Assembly: GCF_009914755.1 (NCBI RefSeq)
Contig: NC_060939.1
From: the human T2T-CHM13v2.0 reference genome, Homo sapiens
DNA length: 64,000 bases
Reading direction: 5' to 3' (one strand)
Shown here: one piece after another, positions 14,001 through 29,800 of the stretch
Layout: the number at the start of each line of letters is the position of its first letter
How positions within the stretch are numbered: the stretch's first letter is position 1
Made by a program: the position numbers and the translations under genes
The notes under the pieces: generated by a model
What the model saw: the letters and a program-made list of their open reading frames with translations, nothing else
Database searches by the model: none
Told to the model about the DNA's origin: nothing

Positions 14001-15600
14001 CCATTCCATTTGATTCCATTCCACTCGGTTTCATTCCATTTGAGTCCACTCCATTCCATTCCATTCCATTCCATTCAGTTCCATTCTATTCTGTTCCATT
14101 CCATTCCGTTCCATTGCATTCCATTCCATTCGGTACCATTCCATATTGTTCCATTCGATTCCATTCGAATCCATTCCATTCCAGTCCATTCCATTCGATT
14201 CCATTCCATTCCTTTCCATTCCATTCCATTCCATTCCATTCCATTCCATTCCATTCCACTTGATTCCACTCCATTCCCTTCCACTGCATTCCATTCGATT
14301 CCATTCCATTGCATTGCATTCCATTCCATTGGACTGCATTCCATTCGATTCCATTCCATTCGAATCAATTACATAGCAATCCATTACATTCGAGTCTATT
14401 CTATTCCGTTCCATTAGATTTCGTTCCAATCCATTCGATTCCATTCCATTCGATTCCATTCCATACTATTGCATTCCATTCGATTACATTATATTCGAAT
14501 AAGTTCCATTCAAGACCATTTCTTTTGAGTCCATTCTATTTGAGTCCATTCCCTTTGATTCCATAACATTTGAGTCCATTCAATTCCATTCCTTTCGTTT
14601 CCATTCCATTTGATGCCATTCCATTCAATTCTGTTCTACTCGACTCCAATACATTCAATTCCATTCCATCCGATTCCATTACATTCTTTTCATTTCTTAT
14701 CCATTTCAAGCCATTCCACTCCATTCCATTCCACTCGTTTCCTTTCCATTCGAGTCCATTCCTCTCCAGTCCATTCCGTTCAATCCATTCCATTCCAGTC
14801 CATTCCATTCGAGTCCGTTCCATTCCAGTCCATTCCATTCGAGTCAATTCCATTCCATTCGATGTCTTTCCATAACGATCCATTCCATTCTATTCCTTTC
14901 GATTCCATTCCATTCTATTTCATTCCATTCGATTCCCTTCCATTGGACTCCTTTCCATTCGAGTGCATTCCATTCCGTTCCATTTCTTTCCGTTCTGTAC
15001 GATTCCTACCGTTCGATTTCATTTTGTTCCAGTCCAATCCTTTCGCGTCCATTCCATTCCATTTCACTCCATTCGATTCCATTCCACTCGATTCCACTTC
15101 GTTCCATTTCATTGCATTCCATTCTATTCAACTCTATTGCCTTCCATTCCATTCCATTCGATTACATTCCATGCGATTCCATTCGAAATCGAATCAATTA
15201 CATTGCAATCCATTACTATTGAGTCCATTTTATTCCAGTCCACTGCATTCTGGTCCATTCCATTTGATTCCATTCCATTCTATTCCATTCCATACAGTTG
15301 CATTCCATTGGATTCCATTCTATATCTATAAATTCAATTCGAGACCATTGCTTTTGAGTCCATTCTATATGATTCCATTCCATTCAAGTCCATTACATTT
15401 GGTTCAATTCCATTCCATTCCATTCCCTTCCATTCCATTCCAGTTGATATCAATCCATTCGATTCCATTCCATTCGAGCACATTCCATTCGAGTCCATTC
15501 CATTCGATGCCATTCCATTTGATTCTATTCCACTAGTCTCCATTCAATTCCATTAATCTCCATTCCATTCCATTCTACTCCAACTGATTCCATTCCATTC

Positions 15601-16920
15601 TATTCCTTTCCATTCCATTTCATTCCATTCCATTCCATTTCATTCCATTCCATTCCATTCGCTTCCATTCCATTCGTGTCCATTCCACTCCAGTCCATTC
15701 CATTCGTGTCCATTCCATTCCAGTCCATTCCATTTGTGTCCACTGCATTCCATTCCACTCCATTCCATATTATTCCATTACACTCCATTCCATTCTATTA
15801 CTTTCATTTCCATTCAATTCCATTCCATTTGATTCCATTCCACTCGGTTTCATTCCATTTGAGTCCACTCCATTCCATTCCATTCCATTCCATTCAGTTC
15901 CATTCCATTCTGTTCCATCCCATTCCGTTCCATTGCATTCCATTCCATTCGGTACCATTCCATATTGTTCCATTCGATTCCATTCGAATCCATTCCATTC
16001 CAGTCCATTCCATTCGATTCCATTCCATTCCTTTCAATTCCATTCCATTCCATTCCATTCACCTTGATTCCACTCCATTCCCTTCCACTGCATTCCATTC
16101 GATTCCATTCCATTGCATTGCATTCCATTCCATTGGACTGCATTCCATTCGATTCCATTCCATTCGAATCAATTACATAGCAATCCATTACATTCGAGTC
16201 TATTCTATTCCGTTCCATTCGATTTCGTTCCAATCCATTCGATTCCATTCCATTCGATTCCTTTCCATTCCATTTCATTCCTTTCCATTCCATTTCATTC
16301 CATTCCATTCCATTTCATTCCATTCCATTCCATTCGTGTCCATTCCACTCCAGTCCATTCCATTCGTGTCCATTCCATTCCAGTCCATTCCATTTGTGTC
16401 CACTGCCTTCCATTCCACTCCATTCCATATTATTCCATTACACTCCATTCCATTCTATTACTTTCATTTCCATTCAATTCCATTCCATTTGATTCCATTC
16501 CACTCGGTTTCATTCCATTTGAGTCCACTCCATTCCATTCCATTCCATTCCATTCAGTTCCATTCCATTCTGTTCCATTCCATTCCGTTCCATTGCATTC
16601 CATTCCATTCGGTACCATTCCATATTGTTCCATTCGATTCCATTCGAATCCATTCCATTCCAGTCCATTCCATTCGATTCCATTCCATTCATTTCAATTC
16701 CATTCCATTCCATTCCACTTGATTCCTCTCCATTCCCTTCCACTGCATTCCGTTCGATTCCATTCCATTGCATTGCATTCCATTCCATTGGATTGCATTC
16801 CATTCGATTCCATTCCATTCGAATCAATTACATAGCAATCCATTACATTCGAGTCTATTCTATTCCGTTCCATTCGATTTCGTTCCAATCCATTCGATTC
16901 CATTCCATTCGATTCCATTC
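15601..16920 (+). repeat. Partial-unit tandem duplication of ~660 bp, junction at ~16260
   Basis: After ...caatccattcgattccattccattcgattc (16260) the sequence returns to the ctttccattccatttcattc...gtgtccattccactccag block seen at ~15605-15690. KpnI sites at 15951 and 16611 are 660 bp apart, and the anchor spacing is 2459. Confidence 0.92.
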
Positions 16921-18689
16921 CATACTATTGCATTCCATTCGATTACATTATATTCGAATAAGTTCCATTCAAGACCATTTCTTTTGAGTCCATTCTATTT
17001 GAGTCCATTCCCTTTGATTCCATAACATTTGAGTCCATTCAATTCCATTCCTTTCGTTTCCATTCCATTTGATGCCATTCCATTCAATTCTGTTCTACTC
17101 GACTCCAATACATTCAATTCCATTCCATCCGATTCCATTACATTCTTTTCATTTCTTATCCATTTCAAGCCATTCCACTCCATTCCATTCCACTCGTTTC
17201 CTTTCCATTCGAGTCCATTCCTCTCCAGTCCATTCCGTTCAATCCATTCCATTCCAGTCCATTCCATTCGAGTCCGTTCCATTCCAGTCCATTCCATTCG
17301 AGTCAATTCCATCCCATTCGATGTCTTTCCATAACGATCCATTCCATTCTATTCCTTTCGATTCCATTCCATTCTATTTCATTCCATTCGATTCCCTTCC
17401 ATTGGACTCATTTCCATTCGAGTGCATTCCATTCCTTTCCATTTCTTTCCGTTCTGTACGATTCCTACCGTTCGATTTCATTTTGTTCCAGTCCATTCCT
17501 TTCGCGTCCATTCCATTCCATTTCACTCCATTCGATTCCATTCCACTCGATTCCACTTCGTTCCATTTCATTGCATTCCATTCTATTCAACTCTATTGCC
17601 TTCCATTCCATTCCATTCGATTACATTCCATGCGATTCCATTCGAAATCGAATCAATTACATTGCAATCCATTACTATTGAGTCCGATTTATTCCAGTCC
17701 ACTGCATTCTGGTCCATTCCATTTGATTCCATTCCATTCTATTCCATTCCATACAGTTGCATTCCATTGGATTCCATGCTATATCTATAAATTCAATTCG
17801 AGACCATTGCTTTTGAGTCCATTCTATATGATTCCATTCCATTCAAGTCCATTACATTTGGTTCAATTCCATTCCATTCCATTCCCTTCCATTCCATTCC
17901 AGTTGATATCAATCCATTCGATTCCATTCCATTCGAGCACATTCCATTCGAGTCCATTCCATTCGATGCCATTCCATTTGATTCTATTCCATTAGTCTCC
18001 ATTCAATTCCATTAATCTCCATTCCATTCCATTCTACTCCAACTGATTCCATTCCATTATATTCCTTTCCATTCCATTTCATTCCATTCCATTCCATTTC
18101 ATTCCATTCCATTCCATTCGTGTCCATTCCACTCCAGTCCATTCCATTCGTGTCCATTCCATTCCAGTCCATTCCATTTGTGTCCCCTGCATTCCATTAC
18201 ACTCCATTCCATATTATTCCATTACACTCCATTCAATTCTATTACTTTCATTTCCATTCAATTCCATTCCATTTGATTCCATTCCACTCGGTTTCATTCC
18301 ATTTGAGTCCACTCCATTCCATTCCATTCCATTCCATTCCATTCCATTCAGTTCCATTCCATTCTATTCCATTCCATTCCGTTCCATTACATTCCATTCC
18401 ATTCGGTACCATTCCATATTGTTCCATTCGATTCCATTCGAATCCATTCCATTCCAGTCCATTCCATTCGATTCCATTCCATTCATTTCAATTCCATTCC
18501 ATTCCATTCCATTACATTCCACTTGATTCCTCTCCATTCCCTTCCACTGCATTCCGTTCGATTCCATTCCATTGCATTGCATTCCATTCCATTGGATTGC
18601 ATTCCATTCGATTCCATTCCATTCGAATCAATTACATAGCAATCCATTACATTCGAGTCTATTCTATTCCGTTCCATTCGATTTCGTTC

Positions 18690-21600
18690 CAATCCATTCC
18701 ATTCCATTCCATTCGATTCCATTCCATACTATTGCATTCCATTCGATTACATTATATTCGAATAAGTTCCATTCAAGACCATTTCTTTTGAGTCCATTCT
18801 ATTTGAGTCCATTCCCTTTGATTCCATAACATTTGAGTCCATTCAATTCCATTCCTTTCGTTTCCATTCCATTTGATGCCATTCCATTCAATTCTGTTCT
18901 ACTCGACTCCAATACATTCAATTCCATACCATCCGATTCCATTATATTCTTTTCATTTCTTATCCATTTCAAGCCATTCCACTCCATTCCATTCCACTCG
19001 TTTCCTTTCCATTCGAGTCCATTCCTCTCCAGTCCATTCCGTTCAATCCATTCCATTCCAGTCCATTCCATTCGAGTCAACTCCATTCCATTCGATGTCT
19101 TTCCATAACGATCCATTCCATTCTATTCCTTTCGATTCCATTCCATTCTATTTCATTCCATTCGATTCCCTTCCATTGGACTCCTTTCCATTCGAGTGCA
19201 TTCCATTCCTTTCCATTTCTTTCCGTTCTGTACGATTCCTACCGTTCGATTTCATTTTGTTCCAGTCCATTCCTTTCGCGTCCATTCCATTCCATTTCAC
19301 TCCATTCGATTCCATTCCACTCGATTCCACTTCGTTCCATTTCATTGCATTCCATTCTATTCAACTCTATTGCCTTCCATTCCATTCCATTCGATTACAT
19401 TCCATGCGATTCCATTCGAAATCGAATCAATTACATTGCAATCCATTACTATTGAGTCCGTTTTATTCCAGTCCACTGCATTCTGGTCCATTCCATTTGA
19501 TTCCATTCCATTCTATTCCATTCCATACAGTTGCATTCCATTGGATTCCATGCTATATCTATAAATCCAATTCGAGACCATTGCTTTTGAGTCCATTCTA
19601 TATGATTCCATTCCATTCAAGTCCATTACATTTGGTTCAATTCCATTCCATTCCATTCCATTCCATTCCATTCCAGTTGATATCAATCCATTCGATTCCA
19701 TTCCATACGAGCACATTCCATTCGAGTCCATTCCATTCGATGCCATTCCATTTGATTCTATTCCATTAGTCTCCATTCAATTCCATTAATCTCCATTACA
19801 TTCCATTCTACTCCAACTGATTCCATTCCATTCTATTCCTTTCCATTCCATTTCATTCCATTCCATTCCATTTCATTCCATTCCATTCCATTCGTGTCCA
19901 TTCCACTCCAGTCCATTCCATTCGTGTCCATTCCATTCCAGTCCATTCCATTTGTGTCCCCTGCATTCCATTACACTCCATTCCATATTATTCCATTACA
20001 CTCCATTCAATTCTATTACTTTCATTTCCATTCAATTCCATTCCATTTGATTCCATTCCACTCGGTTTCATTCCATTTGAGTCCACTCCATTCCATTCCA
20101 TTCCATTCCATTCAGTTCCATTCCATTCTATTCCATTCCATTCCGTTCCATTACATTCCATTCCATTCGGTACCATTCCATATTGTTCCATTCGATTCCA
20201 TTCGAATCCATTCCATTCCAGTCCATTCCATTCGATTCCATTCCATTCATTTCAATTCCATTCCATTCCATTCCATTACATTCCACTTGATTCCTCTCCA
20301 TTCCCTTCCACTGCATTCCGTTCGATTCCATTCCATTGCATTGCATTCCATTCCATTGGATTGCATTCCATTCGATTCCATTCCATTCGAATCAATTACA
20401 TAGCAATCCATTACATTCGAGTCTATTCTATTCCGTTCCATTCGATTTCGTTCCAATCCATTCGATTCCATTCCATTCGATTCCATTCCATACTATTGCA
20501 TTCCATTCGATTACATTATATTCGAATAAGTTCCATTCAAGACCATTTCTTTTGAGTCCATTCTATTTGAGTCCATTCCCTTTGATTCCATAACATTTGA
20601 GTCCATTCAATTCCATTCCTTTCGTTTCCATTCCATTTGATGCCATTCCATTCAATTCTGTTCTACTCGACTCCAATACATTCAATTCCATTCCATCCGA
20701 TTCCATTACATTCTTTTCATTTCTTATCCATTTCAAGCCATTCCACTCCATTCCATTCCACTCGTTTCCTTTCCATTCGAGTCCATTCCTCTCCAGTCCA
20801 TTCCGTTCAATCCATTCCATTCCAGTCCATTCCATTCGAGTCCGTTCCATTCCAGTCCATTCCATTCGAGTCAATTCCATTCCATTCGATGTCTTTCCAT
20901 AACGATCCATTCCATTCTATTCCTTTCGATTCCATTCCATTCTATTTCATTCCATTCGATTCCCTTCCATTGGACTCCTTTCCATTCGAGTGCATTCCAT
21001 TCCTTTCTATTTCTTTCCGTTCTGTACGATTCCTACCGTTCGATTTCATTTTGTTCCAGTCCATTCCTTTCGCGTCCATTCCATTCCATTTCACTCCATT
21101 CGATTCCATTCCACTCGATTCCACTTCGTTCCATTTCATTGCATTCCATTCTATTCAACTCTATTGCCTTCCATTCCATTCCATTCGATTACATTCCATG
21201 CGATTCCATTCGAAATCGAATCAATTACATTGCAATCCATTACTATTGAGTCCATTTTATTCCAGTCCACTGCATTCTGGTCCATTCCATTTGATTCCAT
21301 TCCATTCTATTCCATTCCATACAGTTGCATTCCATTGGATTCCATTCTATATCTATAAATTCAATTCGAGACCATTGCTTTTGAGTCCATTCTATATGAT
21401 TCCATTCCATTCAAGTCCATTACATTTGGTTCAATTCCATTCCATTCCATTCCCTTCCATTCCATTCCAGTTGATATCAATCCATTCGATTCCATTCCAT
21501 TCGAGCACATTCCATTCGAGTCCATTCCATTCGATGCCATTCCATTTGATTCTATTCCATTAGTCTCCATTCAATTCCATTAATCTCCATTCCATTCCAT

Positions 21601-24600
21601 TCTACTCCAACTGATTCCATTCCATTCTATTCCTTTCCATTCCATTTCATTCCATTCCATTCCATTTCATTCCATTCCATTCCATTCGTGTCCATTCCAC
21701 TCCAGTCCATTCCATTCGTGTCCATTCCATTCCAGTCCATTCCATTTGTGTCCACTGCATTCCATTCCACTCCATTCCATATTATTCCATTACACTCCAT
21801 TCCATTCTATTACTTTCATTTCCATTCAATTCCATTTCATTTGATTCCATTCCACTCTGTTTCATTCCATTTGAGTCCACTCCATTCCATTCCATTCCAT
21901 TCCATTCAGTTCCATTCCATTCTGTTCCATTCCATTCCGTTCCATTCCATTCAATTCCATTCGGTACCATTCCATATTGTTCCATTCGATTCCATTCGAA
22001 TCCATTCCATTCCAGTCCATTCCATTCGATTCCATTCCATTCATTTCAATTCCATTCCATTCCATTCCATTACATTCCACTTGATTCCTCTCCATTCCCT
22101 TCCACTGCATTCCGTTCGATTCCATTCCATTGCATTGCATTCCATTCCATTGGATTGCATTCCATTCGATTCCATTCCATTCGAATCAATTACATAGCAA
22201 TCCATTACATTCGAGTCTATTCTATTCCGTTCCATTCGATTTCGTTCCAATCCATTCCATTCCATTCCATTCGATTCCATTCCATACTATTGCATTCCAT
22301 TCGATTACATTATATTCGAATAAGTTCCATTCAAGACCATTTCTTTTGAGTCCATTCTATTTGAGTCCATTCCCTTTGATTCCATAACATTTGAGTCCAT
22401 TCAATTCCATTCCTTTCGTTTCCATTCCATTTGATGCCATTCCATTCAATTCTGTTCTACTCGACTCCAATACATTCAATTCCATACCATCCGATTCCAT
22501 TATATTCTTTTCATTTCTTATCCATTTCAAGCCATTCCACTCCATTCCATTCCACTCGTTTCCTTTCCATTCGAGTCCATTCCTCTCCAGTCCATTCCGT
22601 TCAATCCATTCCATTCCAGTCCATTCCATTCGAGTCAACTCCATTCCATTCGATGTCTTTCCATAACGATCCATTCCATTCTATTCCTTTCGATTCCATT
22701 CCATTCTATTTCATTCCATTCGATTCCCTTCCATTGGACTCCTTTCCATTCGAGTGCATTCCATTCCTTTCCATTTCTTTCCGTTCTGTACGATTCCTAC
22801 CGTTCGATTTCATTTTGTTCCAGTCCATTCCTTTCGCGTCCATTCCATTCCATTTCACTCCATTCGATTCCATTCCACTCGATTCCACTTCGTTCCATTT
22901 CATTGCATTCCATTCTATTCAACTCTATTGCCTTCCATTCCATTCCATTCGATTACATTCCATGCGATTCCATTCGAAATCGAATCAATTACATTGCAAT
23001 CCATTACTATTGAGTCCGTTTTATTCCAGTCCACTGCATTCTGGTCCATTCCATTTGATTCCATTCCATTCTATTCCATTCCATACAGTTGCATTCCATT
23101 GGATTCCATGCTATATCTATAAATCCAATTCGAGACCATTGCTTTTGAGTCCATTCTATATGATTCCATTCCATTCAAGTCCATTACATTTGGTTCAATT
23201 CCATTCCATTCCATTCCATTCCATTCCATTCCAGTTGATATCAATCCATTCGATTCCATTCCATACGAGCACATTCCATTCGAGTCCATTCCATTCGATG
23301 CCATTCCATTTGATTCTATTCCATTAGTCTCCATTCAATTCCATTAATCTCCATTACATTCCATTCTACTCCAACTGATTCCATTCCATTCTATTCCTTT
23401 CCATTCCATTTCATTCCATTCCATTCCATTTCATTCCATTCCATTCCATTCGTGTCCATTCCACTCCAGTCCATTCCATTCGTGTCCATTCCATTCCAGT
23501 CCATTCCATTTGTGTCCCCTGCATTCCATTACACTCCATTCCATATTATTCCATTACACTCCATTCAATTCTATTACTTTCATTTCCATTCAATTCCATT
23601 CCATTTGATTCCATTCCACTCGGTTTCATTCCATTTGAGTCCACTCCATTCCATTCCATTCCATTCCATTCAGTTCCATTCCATTCTATTCCATTCCATT
23701 CCGTTCCATTACATTCCATTCCATTCGGTACCATTCCATATTGTTCCATTCGATTCCATTCGAATCCATTCCATTCCAGTCCATTCCATTCGATTCCATT
23801 CCATTCATTTCAATTCCATTCCATTCCATTCCATTACATTCCACTTGATTCCTCTCCATTCCCTTCCACTGCATTCCGTTCGATTCCATTCCATTGCATT
23901 GCATTCCATTCCATTGGATTGCATTCCATTCGATTCCATTCCATTCGAATCAATTACATAGCAATCCATTACATTCGAGTCTATTCTATTCCGTTCCATT
24001 CGATTTCGTTCCAATCCATTCGATTCCATTCCATTCGATTCCATTCCATACTATTGCATTCCATTCGATTACATTATATTCGAATAAGTTCCATTCAAGA
24101 CCATTTCTTTTGAGTCCATTCTATTTGAGTCCATTCCCTTTGATTCCATAACATTTGAGTCCATTCAATTCCATTCCTTTCGTTTCCATTCCATTTGATG
24201 CCATTCCATTCAATTCTGTTCTACTCGACTCCAATACATTCAATTCCATTCCATCCGATTCCATTACATTCTTTTCATTTCTTATCCATTTCAAGCCATT
24301 CCACTCCATTCCATTCCACTCGTTTCCTTTCCATTCGAGTCCATTCCTCTCCAGTCCATTCCGTTCAATCCATTCCATTCCAGTCCATTCCATTCGAGTC
24401 CGTTCCATTCCAGTCCATTCCATTCGAGTCAATTCCATTCCATTCGATGTCTTTCCATAACGATCCATTCCATTCTATTCCTTTCGATTCCATTCCATTC
24501 TATTTCATTCCATTCGATTCCCTTCCATTGGACTCCTTTCCATTCGAGTGCATTCCATTCCTTTCTATTTCTTTCCGTTCTGTACGATTCCTACCGTTCG

Positions 24601-27600
24601 ATTTCATTTTGTTCCAGTCCATTCCTTTCGCGTCCATTCCATTCCATTTCACTCCATTCGATTCCATTCCACTCGATTCCACTTCGTTCCATTTCATTGC
24701 ATTCCATTCTATTCAACTCTATTGCCTTCCATTCCATTCCATTCGATTACATTCCATGCGATTCCATTCGAAATCGAATCAATTACATTGCAATCCATTA
24801 CTATTGAGTCCATTTTATTCCAGTCCACTGCATTCTGGTCCATTCCATTTGATTCCATTCCATTCTATTCCATTCCATACAGTTGCATTCCATTGGATTC
24901 CATTCTATATCTATAAATTCAATTCGAGACCATTGCTTTTGAGTCCATTCTATATGATTCCATTCCATTCAAGTCCATTACATTTGGTTCAATTCCATTC
25001 CATTCCATTCCCTTCCATTCCATTCCAGTTGATATCAATCCATTCGATTCCATTCCATTCGAGCACATTCCATTCGAGTCCATTCCATTCGATGCCATTC
25101 CATTTGATTCTATTCCATTAGTCTCCATTCAATTCCATTAATCTCCATTCCATTCCATTCTACTCCAACTGATTCCATTCCATTCTATTCCTTTCCATTC
25201 CATTTCATTCCATTCCATTCCATTTCATTCCATTCCATTCCATTCGTGTCCATTCCACTCCAGTCCATTCCATTCGTGTCCATTCCATTCCAGTCCATTC
25301 CATTTGTGTCCACTGCATTCCATTCCACTCCATTCCATATTATTCCATTACACTCCATTCCATTCTATTACTTTCATTTCCATTCAATTCCATTTCATTT
25401 GATTCCATTCCACTCTGTTTCATTCCATTTGAGTCCACTCCATTCCATTCCATTCCATTCCATTCAGTTCCATTCCATTCTGTTCCATTCCATTCCGTTC
25501 CATTCCATTCAATTCCATTCGGTACCATTCCATATTGTTCCATTCGATTCCATTCGAATCCATTCCATTCCAGTCCATTCCATTCGATTCCATTCCATTC
25601 ATTTCAATTCCATTCCATTCCATTCCATTACATTCCACTTGATTCCTCTCCATTCCCTTCCACTGCATTCCGTTCGATTCCATTCCATTGCATTGCATTC
25701 CATTCCATTGGATTGCATTCCATTCGATTCCATTCCATTCGAATCAATTACATAGCAATCCATTACATTCGAGTCTATTCTATTCCGTTCCATTCGATTT
25801 CGTTCCAATCCATTCGATTCCATTCCATTCGATTCCATTCCATAGTATTGCATTCCATTCGATTACATTATATTCGAATAAGTTCCATTCAAGACCATTT
25901 CTTTTGAGTCCATTCTATTTGAGTCCATTCCCTTTGATTCCATAACATTTGAGTCCATTCAATTCCATTCCTTTCGTTTCCATTCCATTTGATGCCATTC
26001 CATTCAATTCTGTTCTACTCGACTCCAATACATTCAATTCCATTCCATCCGATTCCATTACATTCTTTTCATTTCTTATCCATTTCAAGCCATTCCACTC
26101 CATTCCATTCCACTCGTTTCCTTTCCATTCGAGTCCATTCCTCCCCAGTCCATTCCGTTCAATCCATTCCATTCCAGTCCATTCCATTCGAGTCCGTTCC
26201 ATTCCAGTCCATTCCATTCGAGTCAATTCCATTCCATTCGATGTCTTTCCATAACGATCCATTCCATTCTATTCCTTTCGATTCCATTCCATTCTATTTC
26301 ATTCCATTCGATTCCCTTCCATTGGACTCCTTTCCATTCGAGTGCATTCCATTCCTTTCCATTTCTTTCCGTTCTGTACGATTCCTACCGTTCGATTTCA
26401 TTTTGTTCCAGTCCATTCCTTTCGCGTCCATTCCATTCCATTTCACTCCATTCGATTCCATTCCACTCGATTCCACTTCGTTCCATTTCATTGCATTCCA
26501 TTCTATTCAACTCTATTGCCTTCCATTCCATTCCATTCGATTACATTCCATGCGATTCCATTCGAAATCGAATCAATTACATTGCAATCCATTACTATTG
26601 AGTCCGTTTTATTCCAGTCCACTGCATTCTGGTCCATTCCATTTGATTCCATTCCATTCTATTCCATTCCATACAGTTGCATTCCATTGGATTCCATGCT
26701 ATATCTATAAATCCAATTCGAGACCATTGCTTTTGAGTCCATTCTATATGATTCCATTCCATTCAAGTCCATTACATTTGGTTCAATTCCATTCCATTCC
26801 ATTCCATTCCATTCCATTCCAGTTGATATCAATCCATTCGATTCCATTCCATACGAGCACATTCCATTCGAGTCCATTCCATTCGATGCCATTCCATTTG
26901 ATTCTATTCCATTAGTCTCCATTCAATTCCATTAATCTCCATTACATTCCATTCTACTCCAACTGATTCCATTCCATTCTATTCCTTTCCATTCCATTTC
27001 ATTCCATTCCATTCCATTTCATTCCATTCCATTCCATTCGTGTCCATTCCACTCCAGTCCATTCCATTCGTGTCCATTCCATTCCAGTCCATTCCATTTG
27101 TGTCCCCTGCATTCCATTACACTCCATTCCATATTATTCCATTACACTCCATTCAATTCTATTACTTTCATTTCCATTCAATTCCATTCCATTTGATTCC
27201 ATTCCACTCGGTTTCATTCCATTTGAGTCCACTCCATTCCATTCCATTCCATTCCATTCAGTTCCATTCCATTCTATTCCATTCCATTCCGTTCCATTAC
27301 ATTCCATTCCATTCGGTACCATTCCATATTGTTCCATTCGATTCCATTCGAATCCATTCCATTCCAGTCCATTCCATTCGATTCCATTCCATTCATTTCA
27401 ATTCCATTCCATTCCATTCCATTACATTCCACTTGATTCCTCTCCATTCCCTTCCACTGCATTCCGTTCGATTCCATTCCATTGCATTGCATTCCATTCC
27501 ATTGGATTGCATTCCATTCGATTCCATTCCATTCGAATCAATTACATAGCAATCCATTACATTCGAGTCTATTCTATTCCGTTCCATTCGATTTCGTTCC

Positions 27601-29800
27601 AATCCATTCGATTCCATTCCATTCGATTCCATTCCATACTATTGCATTCCATTCGATTACATTATATTCGAATAAGTTCCATTCAAGACCATTTCTTTTG
27701 AGTCCATTCTATTTGAGTCCATTCCCTTTGATTCCATAACATTTGAGTCCATTCAATTCCATTCCTTTCGTTTCCATTCCATTTGATGCCATTCCATTCA
27801 ATTCTGTTCTACTCGACTCCAATACATTCAATTCCATTCCATCCGATTCCATTACATTCTTTTCATTTCTTATCCATTTCAAGCCATTCCACTCCATTCC
27901 ATTCCACTCGTTTCCTTTCCATTCGAGTCCATTCCTCTCCAGTCCATTCCGTTCAATCCATTCCATTCCAGTCCATTCCATTCGAGTCCGTTCCATTCCA
28001 GTCCATTCCATTCGAGTCAATTCCATTCCATTCGATGTCTTTCCATAACGATCCATTCCATTCTATTCCTTTCGATTCCATTCCATTCTATTTCATTCCA
28101 TTCGATTCCCTTCCATTGGACTCCTTTCCATTCGAGTGCATTCCATTCCTTTCTATTTCTTTCCGTTCTGTACGATTCCTACCGTTCGATTTCATTTTGT
28201 TCCAGTCCATTCCTTTCGCGTCCATTCCATTCCATTTCACTCCATTCGATTCCATTCCACTCGATTCCACTTCGTTCCATTTCATTGCATTCCATTCTAT
28301 TCAACTCTATTGCCTTCCATTCCATTCCATTCGATTACATTCCATGCGATTCCATTCGAAATCGAATCAATTACATTGCAATCCATTACTATTGAGTCCA
28401 TTTTATTCCAGTCCACTGCATTCTGGTCCATTCCATTTGATTCCATTCCATTCTATTCCATTCCATACAGTTGCATTCCATTGGATTCCATTCTATATCT
28501 ATAAATTCAATTCGAGACCATTGCTTTTGAGTCCATTCTATATGATTCCATTCCATTCAAGTCCATTACATTTGGTTCAATTCCATTCCATTCCATTCCC
28601 TTCCATTCCATTCCAGTTGATATCAATCCATTCGATTCCATTCCATTCGAGCACATTCCATTCGAGTCCATTCCATTCGATGCCATTCCATTTGATTCTA
28701 TTCCATTAGTCTCCATTCAATTCCATTAATCTCCATTCCATTCCATTCTACTCCAACTGATTCCATTCCATTCTATTCCTTTCCATTCCATTTCATTCCA
28801 TTCCATTCCATTTCATTCCATTCCATTCCATTCGTGTCCATTCCACTCCAGTCCATTCCATTCGTGTCCATTCCATTCCAGTCCATTCCATTTGTGTCCA
28901 CTGCATTCCATTCCACTCCATTCCATATTATTCCATTACACTCCATTCCATTCTATTACTTTCATTTCCATTCAATTCCATTTCATTTGATTCCATTCCA
29001 CTCTGTTTCATTCCATTTGAGTCCACTCCATTCCATTCCATTCCATTCCATTCAGTTCCATTCCATTCTGTTCCATTCCATTCCGTTCCATTCCATTCAA
29101 TTCCATTCGGTACCATTCCATATTGTTCCATTCGATTCCATTCGAATCCATTCCATTCCAGTCCATTCCATTCGATTCCATTCCATTCATTTCAATTCCA
29201 TTCCATTCCATTCCATTACATTCCACTTGATTCCTCTCCATTCCCTTCCACTGCATTCCGTTCGATTCCATTCCATTGCATTGCATTCCATTCCATTGGA
29301 TTGCATTCCATTCGATTCCATTCCATTCGAATCAATTACATAGCAATCCATTACATTCGAGTCTATTCTATTCCGTTCCATTCGATTTCGTTCCAATCCA
29401 TTCGATTCCATTCCATTCGATTCCATTCCATAGTATTGCATTCCATTCGATTACATTATATTCGAATAAGTTCCATTCAAGACCATTTCTTTTGAGTCCA
29501 TTCTATTTGAGTCCATTCCCTTTGATTCCATAACATTTGAGTCCATTCAATTCCATTCCTTTCGTTTCCATTCCATTTGATGCCATTCCATTCAATTCTG
29601 TTCTACTCGACTCCAATACATTCAATTCCATTCCATCCGATTCCATTACATTCTTTTCATTTCTTATCCATTTCAAGCCATTCCACTCCATTCCATTCCA
29701 CTCGTTTCCTTTCCATTCGAGTCCATTCCTCCCCAGTCCATTCCGTTCAATCCATTCCATTCCAGTCCATTCCATTCGAGTCCGTTCCATTCCAGTCCAT
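18690..29800 (+). repeat. Dimeric higher-order repeat, about 3 copies (periods 3558 and 3588 bp)
   Basis: Markers alternate between units. ataaatccaa occurs at 19561, 23119 and 26707, with ccatacgagc and ctccattaca in the same units. ctttctattt (~21003, ~24561, ~28149) and ccactctgtttc (~21852, ~25410, ~28998) mark the intervening units. Confidence 0.9.

Noticed and set aside
18833-25948. Y-chromosome DYZ1 (3.56-kb unit), suggested by the 3558-bp period
   Set aside because: The period is a local dimer of two nearly identical 1.8-kb units, and I saw no HaeIII (GGCC) site. The size match is coincidental.
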